A stretch of DNA of 63,242 bases, filler included, from Octopus bimaculoides (GCF_001194135.2; 8 parts of 7 records of this genome joined end to end with filler, not necessarily neighbours in it); one strand, 5' to 3'; numbered from the whole stretch's first letter, positions 26,732 to 39,367 are shown. Translations and numbers: made by a program. Notes: generated by a model from the sequence alone, not told the origin.

Positions 26732-27851
26732 CATATTGTATTGAATTAATCATGTGTTACCTCATAGCTTGGAGATTTCGATGATGTGATCATTTATTTT
26801 CACAATGACATTGTACGGTAAGTGTAAGAGGCTGATTTGAACATAAAAAAAGGGAGAATATTTGAGCCTGATATGGCCATTTTAAATACTAAAGGTTTAA
26901 ATGACGATGATGATGATGATGATGACAACAATGATGATGATGATGATGATGATGATGATAAGGTTCACCTTCAACTACTGATGATAATAATTGACATGCA
27001 CCTTTTTCCAGTATCATCCAAAATACATGTGTTGTTAGACCTCGATTTTCAGCCTCTTTTGTTGGAGATTATTTTCTTGATGCAATTTATACTGTCCTAT
27101 TTTACTTCGCTGACTCCTGCAAATGTCTCTCACATAGATTATCAAAGAAGACGCTTCCAGTCGATTTCTCTCCTCTTGTCATTCTTCAGCATATTTTAAC
27201 TCGAGGGAAGTAACCATTAATAGATAACGTATCTGTCATGTAGAGTTTTCGATATTTACTCAAAAAGCTGCCAGCAGAGCTTTCATTCTAGATCAAGTCC
27301 ACATTTGGAACATTAGTTTTAGGGATAAACACATTATGTTTGGCACTAGTTCAGCTTTCTGCTGCAACTGGTATGTTCTTGAGCTTCAGTGAACCTTTAG
27401 TTTCTTCAGCCTGATAGCATCTTTTTGTGGTTACATTTTTGTTATGTTTTAGAAATTCTTCTGCTTTCCATTGGTTCCATTTTTTTTTTGTATTTCTTTT
27501 CTTAATTTTCAACTTTTATACCTCAAGCTGTCACTCATACACATAAAACTTCTCTACTAGACTTCAACCTATTCATGAAAACACACACACACACACACTC
27601 TCTCTCTCTCTCTCTCTTCCTTTTCTTTCTCTCTCAGTTTTTCTCTTAATTTTCAGCTTTTACACTTGAAACTATCACTCACTTATAACACATAAAACAC
27701 CCATAGTTTTGTCAAAAAATGCACACTTATATAAACACACTTCTATACTCAACTTTAACCAAGCATATACACACACACACTCTCTCTCCCTCCCTCTCCT
27801 TCTCTTTCTCCATCTTTCCTTCCTTCCCTTTAAAAATACCTCATATCAATG

Positions 27852-28118
27852 CAGTTCTATATTTGAGAGATGAGGAATTATGTACATTATTTACATTTGA
27901 TGGATATTTGTCTTCATTTTGTTTGTTGTTAACACAACATTTCAGCTAATGTACTCTTCAGCCTTCATCAGGTGTCTTGGAGGAATTTCGAACCTGGGTT
28001 CTCATTCATCAGGTATTTTTCCAATGTTATTATTATTATTATTCAGGTCACTGCCTGGAATCAAGCTCGGAATTTTGGGGTTAGTAGCCCATGCTCTTAA
28101 CCACTGCACCAAATGCCT
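27852..28118 (-). mobile_element. tRNA-headed SINE carrying Penelope-type hammerhead motif(s)
   Basis: Minus strand: A-box tggtgcagtgg, B-box-like gcttgattcc, (aat)n, then two CTGATGA...GAAA motifs. Confidence 0.75.
27932..27975 (-). ncRNA. Minimal (Penelope-type) hammerhead ribozyme, slightly decayed
   Basis: acac-CTGATGA-a-ggctga(agagtaca)ttagct-GAAA-tgtt-gtgt. Stem I is acac/gtgt and stem II is 6 bp with wobbles. GAAATGTT is probably CpG-decayed GAAACGTT. Confidence 0.6.
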
Positions 28119-28519
28119 ATGGGCAATTATGGAGTGAATTTTAGGGTTTATAAACCAGTGTATTTCAAAAGAAATATGGTAATAATCTGCCCAAGTTGCC
28201 TCACAGTAAGACTGAACCCAGAACCACATGGTTGTGAACAAAACTTCTTACTACTCTGCCACATCTAATACTACCTGGCAGATTTGACCATGAATATACT
28301 AGTTACTGTTGTGTTTGTCACAGGAAAACAGCTTCTCCTTTGATGAACTTGATTTCCTAACTTGATTCATTATCATCTGGGATAGCCAGTGTTTCAACAT
28401 CCTTGTGTCTCATCAGCCACAGGCCCACCTGGCACAAAAAAGTTCAGAATAACCAATGATCTTCTTTATAATTTTAGTGTAACCAATTATACATATTAAA
28501 TCAAGTAGCTAATTATATA

Positions 28520-28578
<59 letters not shown>

Positions 28579-29364
28579 AGTGACTATCTGTTTTCCTATG
28601 TGTTCGTTCCGTGGTCTGTAGTTCATTGTTCTAACGTCCTGTACCCTGATATGCATCTGTATACACATGTAGATGTAAGTATGTGCATATATGTGTATAT
28701 ACATGCATATTTATTCTTTGTATTATATATATATATATATATATATAGGTACAAGCATGAAAGAAGCCTGTCGTAAATGTGTGTGTGTATGTGTGTGTCT
28801 TTGTGTCTGTGTTCGTCCCTCGTTTGACAACCAGTGTTAGTGTGTTTACATCCCTGTAACTTAGCAGTACAGCAAAGCAGATCGATAGAATAAATACCAG
28901 GCTTAAAAAAAGAAAAGAACTGGGGTCAATTCATTGGACTAAAAATGCTTCAAGGCAATGCTCCAGCATGGTCAGTCTAATCACTGAGACAAATGAAAGA
29001 CATATATATATATTAAATCAAATAGCATAAATTTTAAAATTTCACTCATCAATGAAAAAAAACAATAAAAAAATTACAGAATAGTATGAAAAGTATGATG
29101 AGGTTGGTGGTGGTGATGGTGGTGGCAGTGAAAGTGGGGGTGGCAACAACAGTAGAAACAAAAGCAGCAGCAGCAGCAGTGGCAGAGTAACTGTCCCTTG
29201 TATCATTTTACCTGTAGTGCAAACTCTTTTCCTGAATATGTTAATTTTATTTTGTTACTCGGAATCTTTATAGGAATCACCTGTGAGATTCACATTTGGA
29301 TGCCAGTGATAGCACGGCAACGTCTCTCTCTTTCTCACTCTCTCATTACTTTTTCTCTATATTG

Positions 29365-29396
<32 letters not shown>

Positions 29397-29573
29397 CAGT
29401 GACTATTTCATTACAGTGCAAAGATTAAGAGATCTGAAACGGTGATTAGTTGCATGTATGTATGCACATATATATGTGTGTGTGTGTGTATGCATAAAAG
29501 TGTATACATATTATGTCTATAAATGTATGTAGAAATAATTGTATATATATATTATGTATACATGTGTATAAAA

Positions 29574-29608
<35 letters not shown>

Positions 29609-29611
<3 letters not shown>

Positions 29612-30552
29612 GGTGCGATGAATAAATTGTCACCATTTTATATTTTTAATTTCATGCATGCGCATTGTTTGTCTTTGATTTTGTCAACTACACAGTATAG
29701 TAGGGTCAGTTGGGCACCGTCTGTGAGAAAAAAGAGCTCCACGCTGCAATTCACTCTGCCAGAAATTTGGAAACGACATGCTGTACTGCATGGCATTCAT
29801 GCCGGAAGCTCCAATACAAACGTTTCAGAGTGTTTGGGTGTCAATCTGAGGACAGTGCAATCTGAAGACATGTACTGAGAGTGATAAAAATCAGACATCC
29901 AGTCAACATCATGGTGTTTGGATTNNNNNNNNNNCAATCTGAGGACAGTGCAATCTGAAGACATGTACTGAGAGTGATAAAAATCAGACATCCAGTCAAC
30001 ATCATGGTGTTTGGATTGATCACTAGTGATGGCGACGTTATGCCTCCATTCATCTTACCACACAGCTTCAGACTCAACATAAAGTGACTGGAGGAGGTAG
30101 TGCTGCCCTGGGTCAAGAGTGTGGCTGCTGGAAGATTATATGTCTGGCAACAGGACTCTGCACCATGCCACACAATCAGGAGAACCCTATTATGGCTGTC
30201 AGATAATTTCTGTGACTACATCACCCCTAACATCTGCAACCCCCTTGATTATTATGTGTGGGGCACAATTGAGCGAGAGACCAACAAAACTCCTTGTAAC
30301 ACCAAAGATGAACTGAAGACAAGGATTATGATGGCATTCACCAACTTAAATAAGGACATCCAGAAGAGTTGCAGGAGATTCCGAAGTGTCTGAGGCTGTG
30401 GTTGAAGCCAGTGGTGATTTTATTGAATAAATTTATTCTTTAGTATTTCAAGATATTTTAATTAATTTTGGTGCAAATATCTGTTAAAATTAGATGTCAG
30501 TGTTATTTTCATTTTTGCATAATTTAGACAACAGTTTATTCATCGCACCTTG
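29609..30552 (+). mobile_element. Internally deleted Tc1/mariner DD37D element with both TIRs
   Basis: Left TIR cagggtgcgatgaataaattgtc; right TIR aacagtttattcatcgcaccttg followed by TA. Peptide LPWVKSVAAGRLYVWQQDSAPCHT..NPLDYYVWGTIERETN. Confidence 0.9.
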
Positions 30553-31343
30553 TATATATATAAATGCATATATTACGTCTATNNNNNNNNNNNNNNNNNN
30601 NNNNNNNNNNNNNNNNNNNNNNNNNNNNNNNNNNNNNNNNNNNNNNNNNNNNNNNNNNNNNNNNNNNNNNNNNNNNNNNNNNNNNNNNNNNNNNNNNNNN
30701 NNNNNNNNNNNNNNNNNATATATATAAATATAAATGTATTATGTATATATAAATGTATATATATATATAAAAGGTATATCATGTATATATATGTGTGTAC
30801 GTGTATACGTGTGTGTGTGTGTGTGTGAAATGAAAGGTAGAATATAAGAAGGAACCAGATGATAACAAAGTAGATAATTGACTGAGTGCCTGATAGTAAC
30901 ATGCCTGACTATTTCAAAAAGTCAAGGCAAATGACATGTCTGTTCATCTGCTGCTTCTGTGGAAAAAAAAAAAAAAGCAAAAAAAAAATGTTAAAAAGTA
31001 GAAAACACTATCATTAGTAAAATGGCTGCTACTATTGCTGCTGCTGTGTCATGTTAAATTAGTTTAGAAAATTCAATAACGTCAACTAAAAATTCATGAA
31101 AACACCTTGCATGCATACGTATGTGTTAATGTATGTGTTGTGTGACATACTGTGAGTGAATGCATGTGTTGTGTGACATGTAGTGTGAGTGTGTATGTAT
31201 GTATGTGTCAGTTTCAACATTGGTTTTCCTTTTTTTTTTTTTTNNNNNNNNNNNNNNNNNNNNNNNNNNNNNNNNNNNNNNNNNNNNTTAATTAATTAAN
31301 NNNNNNNNNNNNNNNNNNNNNNNNNNNNNNNNNNNNNNNNNNN

Positions 31344-31665
31344 GAGCGAGATCGTTGCCAGTGCCCCTGGACTGGCTCTTGTGCGGGTGGCACATAAAAG
31401 ACACCATTTCGAGCGTGGCCGTTTTCGTGCGGGTGACACGTAAAAGCACCCACTACACTCTCTGAGTAGTTGGCATTAGGAAGGGCATCCAGCTGTAGAA
31501 ACTCTGCCAAATTAGATTGGAGCCTGGTGTAGCCATAAGGTTGCAACTGAGGACTGGTGCAACCGGATGGCTACACCGGTTGCACCAGTCCTCAGTCAAA
31601 TCGTCCAACCCATGCTAGCATGGAAAGCGGACGTTAAACGATGATGATGATGATGATGATGATAT
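31344..31665 (+). mobile_element. RTE-related SINE / non-autonomous retroposon, family C
   Basis: ggcattaggaagggcatccagctgtagaaa...ccaacccatgctagcatggaaagcggacgttaaac(gat)n tail. Reverse copies occur at 37880, 50655 and 51215. Confidence 0.75.
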
Positions 31666-31719
31666 ATATATGCATACATATACAGCATATACATACATAT
31701 ATATATGCATTCATTTATA

Positions 31720-31765
<46 letters not shown>

Positions 31766-32549
31766 GACATACATATATGCATACTTAATATATCTCTGTA
31801 TGCACTGATACATACATAAAAATAACATCATATATGTATGTATATATATACATGTATAGATACATACGTAAAATAATATATATATATATGCATACATACA
31901 TGACATATATATATATATATATGTGCGTGTGTGTGCATACACACATAACATATATATATATGCATACATAAAATTATATATATATATATAGTACTGTAGA
32001 CTTGTTTAGTAAACATACTGAAAGCTTACGTCATCTAAACACATTGATTTTATTATAGAAACCAGTAACACCATATGAGCATAATGAAGTTATTCTCATT
32101 TACAGATAGAGTGTATCTGTATATACGAAACTGCATTCTGCATCTGTTTGGTGTCATTTAAGAATAACGTACTATTTGACGCCTAAATTTAAAGTATGAA
32201 GTATGCTTTGTCTTGAAGAATAAACTTTAAATTTAACCTGCCTCTTTTCCTTCTTGTAGCTTTAAAGAGAGAAAAATATGCCAAATATATTGAGAATAAA
32301 TACTAACTGAGGCAGGTTAGTGTTCTATCCAGGTGCTTGTTTATTTCTTATCAACTTCTGAATTTTATGCTACTCACTGCTTTTAAAACATCCAAAACTT
32401 TCTTTGGAATATAAATGCTTTGCATGTGATAAGTATTGCAGAAGTCAGTGAATCATCAGTATTGTTAGTGAAATGGCATATCTTGGGTTCACTTAATGGG
32501 TTAATGATAAAACCCCCTTCAGTTTTGGGTTTAAACAAAGAAAGTTCCC

Positions 32550-32820
32550 TTCCAAGGCACAAGTTCAGGTAGTGATGTTTATGGAAGACCAGTAATTGCT
32601 CATGCATACCAGCCTCCCCTCTTCACACCACTGATGTTGTCCAAGGGAAAGGCAAAGGGGCCGATACAGCTTGGCACCAGTGACATTGCAACTCATTTCT
32701 ACAGCTGAGTGAACTGGAGCAACATGAAATAAAGTGTCTTGCTCAAGAACACAACACACAACCTGGTCCGGGAATTGAACTCACTACCTCATGATTGTAA
32801 GCCACTGAGCCATGCCCCAT
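32550..32820 (-). mobile_element. tRNA-derived SINE (further family)
   Basis: Minus strand ggcatggctcagtgg...gagttcaattcccggacc head followed by gttcttgagcaagacactttatttca. Confidence 0.75.
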
Positions 32821-32839
32821 GAGTTCACTTACCTCCACT

Positions 32840-33230
32840 TAAACAGGCACTTTTCTCTATGTAGAGAAGCGACTGGCATTAAGCTTTTCCTCTGGGTTTC
32901 AAAGCATCACCAACTGAAACTATAGATAATACTCAACCATTCTTGGAAAATCCCCAGGTCTCCTGCCAGATGACTTGTCTTAAAGAATTTGCCTTGTCAT
33001 TCTTTCCTGGGACATTCTAACCACATAACCAAAGTATCTGAGCTGTGATGGCTCAATCAATCCAGTTTGAAGTAAGACTTCTCCACAGCTCAAACTTGGT
33101 AAATTCTCTGATCTTGGAGCCCTGGCATCCTGTCAAGTAACTTTACTGCAGAAATCCTTTAAGGAATGCAGAGAATTCAAATGTTGCCAAAGTGTACCTA
33201 ATCGTCAATGTTCCCAATGTTCATAAAATA
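32840..33230 (-). mobile_element. Decayed RTE-clade LINE 3' fragment
   Basis: Minus translation ..SQLRYFGYVVRMSQERMTRQIL*DKSSGRRPGDFPR resembles the RTE C-terminal QLRWFGHVvRM..R...GrRprGRP motif. Confidence 0.75.
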
Positions 33231-34316
33231 CAGGGTTAATAAATGTCTTATTCTTTTACTTTTTTCAGTCATTTGACTGTGGCCATACTGGAGCACCACA
33301 TTGAAGGGTTTTAGTCGAACAGATTGATCCCAGGACTTATTTTATTAAAGCCTAATACTTATTCTAACGATCTCTTTTTGCCAAACTGCTAAGTTACATG
33401 GACTTAAANNNNNNNNNNNNNNNNNNNNNNNNNNNNNNNNNNNNNNNNNNNNNNNNNNNNNNNNNNNNNNNNNNNNNNNNNNNNNNNNNNNNNNNNNNNN
33501 NNNNNNNNNNNNNNNNNNNNNNNNNNNNNNNNNNNNNNNNNNNNNNNNNNNNNNNNNNNNNNNNNNNNNNNNNNNNNNNNNNNNNNNNNNNNNNNNNNNN
33601 NNNNNNNNNNNNNNNNNNNNNNNNNNNNNNNNNNNNNNNNNNNNNNNNNNNNNNNNNNNNNNNNNNNNNNNNNNNNNNNNNNNNNNNNNNNNNNNNNNNN
33701 NNNNNNNNNNNNNNNNNNNNNNNNNNNNNNNNNNNNNNNNNNNNNNNNNNNNNNNNNNNNNNNNNNNNNNNNNNNNNNNNNNNNNNNNNNNNNNNNNNNN
33801 NNNNNNNNNNNNNNNNNNNNNNNNNNNNNNNNNNNNNNNNNNNNNNNNNNNNNNNNNNNNNNNNNNNNNNNNNNNNNNNNNNNNNNNNNNNNNNNNNNNN
33901 NNNNNNNNNNNNNNNNNNNNNNNNNNNNNNNNNNNNNNNNNNNNNNNNNNNNNNNNNNNNNNNNNNNNNNNNNNNNNNNNNNNNNNNNNNNNNNNNNNNN
34001 NNNNNNNNNNNNNNNNNNNNNNNNNNNNNNNNNNNNNNNNNNNNNNNNNNNNNNNNNNNNNNNNNNNNNNNNNNNNNNNNNNNNNNNNNNNNNNNNNNNN
34101 NNNNNNNNNNNNNNNNNNNNNNNNNNNNNNNNNNNNNNNNNNNNNNNNNNNNNNNNNNNNNNNNNNNNNNNNNNNNNNNNNNNNNNNNNNNNNNNNNNNN
34201 NNNNNNNNNNNNNNNNNNNNNNNNNNNNNNNNNNNNNNNNNNNNNNNNNNNNNNNNNNNNNNNNNNNNNNNNNNNNNNNNNNNNNNNNNNNNNNNNNNNN
34301 NNNNNNNNNNNNNNNN

Positions 34317-34357
<41 letters not shown>

Positions 34358-34691
34358 AATATAATGAGTGAATTTATATGAATGCGTACATAAACATATA
34401 TTCATACATGCATGCACACATACATATGAATACACAGATAAATATATACAAGTACACACACGTATATACATACATACAACTATATATGCTCTCTCTCTCT
34501 CTCACACACACACACATATATATACACACACATAGGTGCACACAAACATTCATAAATATATACATTCATGCACATACATAATTACACAAATATATGCATT
34601 ACATAGATGGACATATACATACATAGATACATACAAACATATATACTCACACACAGATATTTATATATGAGTATATATAGTTGTATGTATC

Positions 34692-34731
<40 letters not shown>

Positions 34732-34741
34732 NNNNNNNNNN

Positions 34742-34776
<35 letters not shown>

Positions 34777-35379
34777 AACAAAATTCTCAAACATATGTAT
34801 GAGTGTGTGTGTTTGTGTGCATGTACATACATACATACATACGCACAAACATTCATAAATATATACATACATGCATAAACACACAATTACACACATCACA
34901 TAAATGGACACATACATACATAAACAAAATTCCCAGATAAGGACAATTTTCTTTTCTTCCATCATATGTCAAGTCTTGTTCGAGCAAACAAATTAAACAT
35001 TATCCTTTTGTCCTTCGATTATACGAACCTTGCCAAGGTGAACATAGACAAGTTATTTTCATTCATTTCTTGCTTACAAACCACCATTTACAAACCAGTT
35101 GGAAGAGTATAAACGTTTATTTATATTACAAAATTTCTTTGTTTTTCTTTTCTTTTTTTTTTTTTTTGCTTTTCTTATTTTTCTTGCATTTGATGGTAAC
35201 TATGTTAATGGTGATGATAGATTAAATTGGTAGGGTGTGCGAGGGGCGAGAGGTGAAAAAGGTGGAGCTGCTGGGTTGTGCTGTTCGATGTGATAGCCGC
35301 CATGCCATCATCGTGGGTGTGTTGTTGCATAAGTGTGCGGGGTGGGCAGGAGACGGAACAGAAGTAGCAGCAAAAGGAA

Positions 35380-35820
35380 GGGAGGAGGAGGAAAATGTGG
35401 ATGAGGAGGAAGAAAGGAAGACATGGATGAGGAGGAGAAGGAGGAAGAAGAAGAAGAAGAAGAAGAAGAGGGAAAAGAAAAAGAAGAGGGAGAAGAAGAA
35501 GAAGAAGAAGAAGAGGGAGAAGAAGAGGGAGAAGAAGAAGAAGAAGAGGTCGATGAAGAAGAAGAAAGAGAAGAAGAAAAAGAAGAAGAAGAAAAAGAAG
35601 AAAGAGAAGAAGAAAAAGAAGAAGAAAAAGAAGAAGAAAAAGAAGAAGAAAATGAAGAAGAAAAAGAAGAAGAAGAAAGAGAAGAAGAAGAAGAAAAAGA
35701 AGAAGAAAGAGAAGAAGAAAAAGAAGAAGAAGAAGAAAAAGAAGAAGAAGAAGAAGAAGAAGAAGAAGAAGAAGAAGAAGAAGCAGAAGAAGAAGAAGAA
35801 TGGGAGGAGGAGAATCATGG
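35380..35820. repeat. (GAA)n/(GAG)n homopurine tract
   Basis: Directly visible. Confidence 0.95.
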
Positions 35821-36193
35821 GCAAGATAATATGCATCTATCAAGCACATAATGACCTGTTGATGTGGAGAGCTTATCTGAACAAAATTATAAACACACAA
35901 CCTCAATGCTATGATTTTTCAACTGCTGCCCTACCCCTACACAATACCCATGTAGTTTTATTTCCTAGAAATGTGAGAGAGGAAAAAAATGTATTTATAT
36001 TAATCTGTTTTTTGTGAAGTTCTTGCTTTTCTTTATAATATACATGTGTGAAATATTTGGTAAACATTTATACACAAATATCACACGTTCACACACACAT
36101 ATATGTACATACATACATACATACAGACAGACAGACAGACAGACAGAAATACATAATACATATATATATATATATACATACATCTGAATATAT

Positions 36194-36226
<33 letters not shown>

Positions 36227-36505
36227 NNNNNNNNNNNNNNNNNNNNNNNNNNNNNNNNNNNNNNNNNNNNNNNNNNNNNNNNNNNNNNNNNNNNNNNNNN
36301 NNNNNNNNNNNNNNNNNNNNNNNNNNNNNNNNNNNNNNNNNNNNNNNNNNNNNNNNNNNNNNNNNNNNNNNNNNNNNNNNNNNNNNNNNNNNNNNNNNNN
36401 NNNNNNNNNNNNNNNNNNNNNNNNNNNNNNNNNNNNNNNNNNNNNNNNNNNNNNNNNNNNNNNNNNNNNNNNNNNNNNNNNNNNNNNNNNNNNNNNNNNN
36501 NNNNN

Positions 36506-36559
<54 letters not shown>

Positions 36560-36916
36560 CATCTGAATATATACATATATATACATTCACTGCATGTGTG
36601 TAAGTATATGTGTCTTTTCATCTAGGCAAGCTTAGAAAATTTCACTTTCTGTATTTTGTTTCAACTGATTTCTCGAAGTTACAGAGAGGTATTTATTCAA
36701 TATATTTTGTTTAAAATTATAAATATATACTTTCATGCATGTATGTATATGTAAGTACGTACATATATGCATGTGTATATATATAAAAGGGACAGAGAGG
36801 AGTGGATATGTGAGCATATTTGTGTATTGGTGATCTTAAAAGTAAAGTCATAGTTTTAATGAATGCAAGTTTGTATATAAAGGAATTTGTATACATACAT
36901 ACATACATATATATAC

Positions 36917-36995
36917 AGTAATCCCTCAACTCTCATGGGTGTTAACATTCCAAAACCCTATGATAGGTGAAAGTCCAAGAGGTGGAAACAGTACT
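36917..36995 (+). mobile_element. One end of a pogo/Tigger-like MITE
   Basis: TA followed by cagtaatccctc..gggtgttaacattccaaaaccc..gataggtgaaa. The other end was not found. Confidence 0.4.
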
Positions 36996-37105
36996 GTACT
37001 GTATATTTTTTTTATTATTATTTTTATAATCTGTATATATTTTATTTCATTTTTGGATTTGGTTTGCAAGATTCTTTATGTGAATTTGTGTGTTGAAGCA
37101 TATTC

Positions 37106-37206
37106 GGTAAATTTTCAGATTAACAGCCGCATGCTAAAACCCTAACCCTAACCCTAACCCTAACACCCTAGTGAAAATTGTGCGGGTGTTAATCTGAAAA
37201 TTTACC
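37106..37206. mobile_element. 101-bp MITE with 26-bp TIRs, 8-bp TSD and internal (CCCTAA)4
   Basis: TIR ggtaaattttcagattaaca(g/c)ccgca with 1 mismatch. Flanking direct repeat gcatattc at 37098-37105 and 37207-37214. Confidence 0.75.
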
Positions 37207-37435
37207 GCATATTCTGTTGTGTCTGGGGAGAGTCATGCTCTTTTAGTGTCTTATTATTTAACACATTCACTGGTAAAGTTTCCACCTGTTTCTTTTTTAT
37301 TTTTCTAAAATTTTCCTTGCGTCTTGCAACCGTGTATATATTTATTCTATTATAAATGCAAAACAACACCATGGAGGAATCAACATCAGCTTAAATAATA
37401 AACCGTGATAGGTAAACCACGATATGGGATTACTG

Positions 37436-37472
<37 letters not shown>

Positions 37473-37879
37473 CCATATAAATATACATAGGTTGACAGAT
37501 TCATACATGCATGCACACACTATATATCTAAATATTATCTTCTCCATCATGAGTGTATCTTGTATAAGTTTAGCAGATAATATTTTTAAAGTTTGATATC
37601 ATATTAAACAATCATTCATTTTGAAAGTGGAAAGAATATCATACTGTTTTCAGTGCAAATCTGGAATATAGACATATTTTGGCACAGGTGCGACTATGAA
37701 GTAAAATGTTTGCTTTCCAGTCACATGGTACCAGGTTCAGACCCACTGCATGGCACCTTGGACATGTGTCTTCTACTATGGCCTCGGGTTGACCAAAGTC
37801 TTGTGAGTGGATTTTGTAGACAGAAACTGAAAGAAGCCTGTCATGTGTATATATATATATATATATCATCATAATTATC

Positions 37880-38200
37880 ATCGTTTAACGTCCGTTTTCC
37901 ATGCTGGCATGGGTTGGACGCTTTGACTGAGGACTGGCAAGCTAGTGGGCTGCACCAGGCTCCAATCTGATCTGGCAATGTTTCTACAGTTGAATGCCCT
38001 TCCTAATGCCAACCACTCCAAGTGTGTAGCAGGTGCTTTTTACATGCCACCAGCACAGGAGCCAGTTAGGTTGCCTTGGCATGAATCACGTTCGGATAGT
38101 GCTTTTTATGTGCCACCGGCACGAGAACAAGTCAGGGGGTACTGGCATCAACCACATTCAGTTGGTGCTTTTTACTTGCCACTGGCATGGGAGCCAGTCA
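37880..38200 (-). mobile_element. SINE family C (reverse) with three internal ~65-bp subrepeats
   Basis: atcgtttaacgtccgttttccatgctggcatgggttgg..gatgcccttcctaatgccaacc, and gctttt(t)acatgccacc.gcac x3. Confidence 0.8.
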
Positions 38201-38210
38201 TGCGGACCTG

Positions 38211-38246
<36 letters not shown>

Positions 38247-38664
38247 CTTATCTCTGTGCCAGTGTTTGTCCTCATCACTGCCTGACAACCAGTGTTGGTG
38301 TGTTTATGTTCCCTGTAACTCAGCTGTTCGGCAATAGTGACTGTTAGAATTAGTACCAAGCTTTAAATGAAATATACTGGGGTCAAGTCATTCAACTAAA
38401 AATCAAAGGTGGTGTCCTAACATGGCCACAGTCTAATGATAAAAGATAAAACATCATTCAGTCAAACATCTAATGGATAAATTTACCAAAAGCCAAATCT
38501 TATAATGTTAATAAAAATGCTTTGCATTTTATGTGTGAGAGAACCAATAGAATCTTTAGTATTTTTTTTTTGAAAGGATTCCAACTTAAATAGGAATTCT
38601 AAACACACATCAGCATGTATAGCAAGACTTACAAGACATATCTACACTATAGCCTACATACTCT

Positions 38665-39040
38665 CTCTTTTACTCTTTTACTTGTTTCAGTCATTTGACT
38701 GCGGCCATGCTGGAGCACCGCCTTTAGTCGAGCAAATCGACCCCAGGACTTATTCTTTGTAAGTCTAGTACTTATTCTAGTGGTCTCTTTTTGCCGAACC
38801 GCTAGATTACGGGGACGTAAACACGCCAGCATCGGTTGTCAAGCGATGTTGGAGGGACAAACACGCATACATATATACAACGGGCTTCTTTCAGTTTCCG
38901 TCTACCAAATCCACTCACAAGGCTTTGGTCGGCCTGAGGCTATAGTAGAAAACACTTACCCAAGGTGCCACGCAGTGGGAATGAACCCGGAACAATGTGG
39001 TTGGTAAGCAAGCTACTTACCACACAGCCACACCTGTGCC
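38665..39040 (-). mobile_element. Near full-length SINE family B (reverse)
   Basis: tcatttgactgcggccatgctggagcaccgcc...cagtttccgtctaccaaatccactcacaagg...cccaaggtgccacgcagtggg..gaacccgg. Many further copies, e.g. 24790, 28750, 33250, 37690, 41214, 41605, 45625, 49870 and 51100. Confidence 0.85.
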
Positions 39041-39302
39041 TAGAATACATTTTTTATCCTTCATGTGTTTCAGTTATTAGACTGTGGNNNNNNNNNNTAT
39101 ACATTTTTTATCCTTCATGTGTTTCAGTTATTAGACTGTGGCCATGCTGGGGCACAGCTTTGAAGAACTTTTAGTTGAATGAATCAACGTCAGAATATAT
39201 TTTTTTTAATGCAGTACTTTGTTCTCTCATTCACTTTTGCCAAACTGCTAAGTTACAGGGATGTAAACATACCAGCCCCGGCTGGTGGTGGTGATGGGAC
39301 AG

Positions 39303-39367
<65 letters not shown>

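Noticed and set aside
28380-28423. Minus-strand CTGATGA-gacacaaggatgtt-GAAA hammerhead-like core
   Set aside because: No compatible stem III/UH triplet, and stem I is only ~3 bp, so it is likely chance.
29842-30017. Exact 83-bp tandem duplication inside the mariner copy (a similar case is at 39043-39141)
   Set aside because: The duplicates flank a 10-N gap, which is typical of an unmerged contig overlap.
32826-32836. Strong minus-strand donor GAG|gtaagt suggesting an exon at 32.8-33.2 kb
   Set aside because: The upstream sequence is a stop-ridden RTE LINE remnant.
35205-36017. Poly-E, poly-K, poly-L and poly-F ORFs of 140-260 aa
   Set aside because: These are translations of the (GAA)n tract, open in several frames, with no splice or complexity support.
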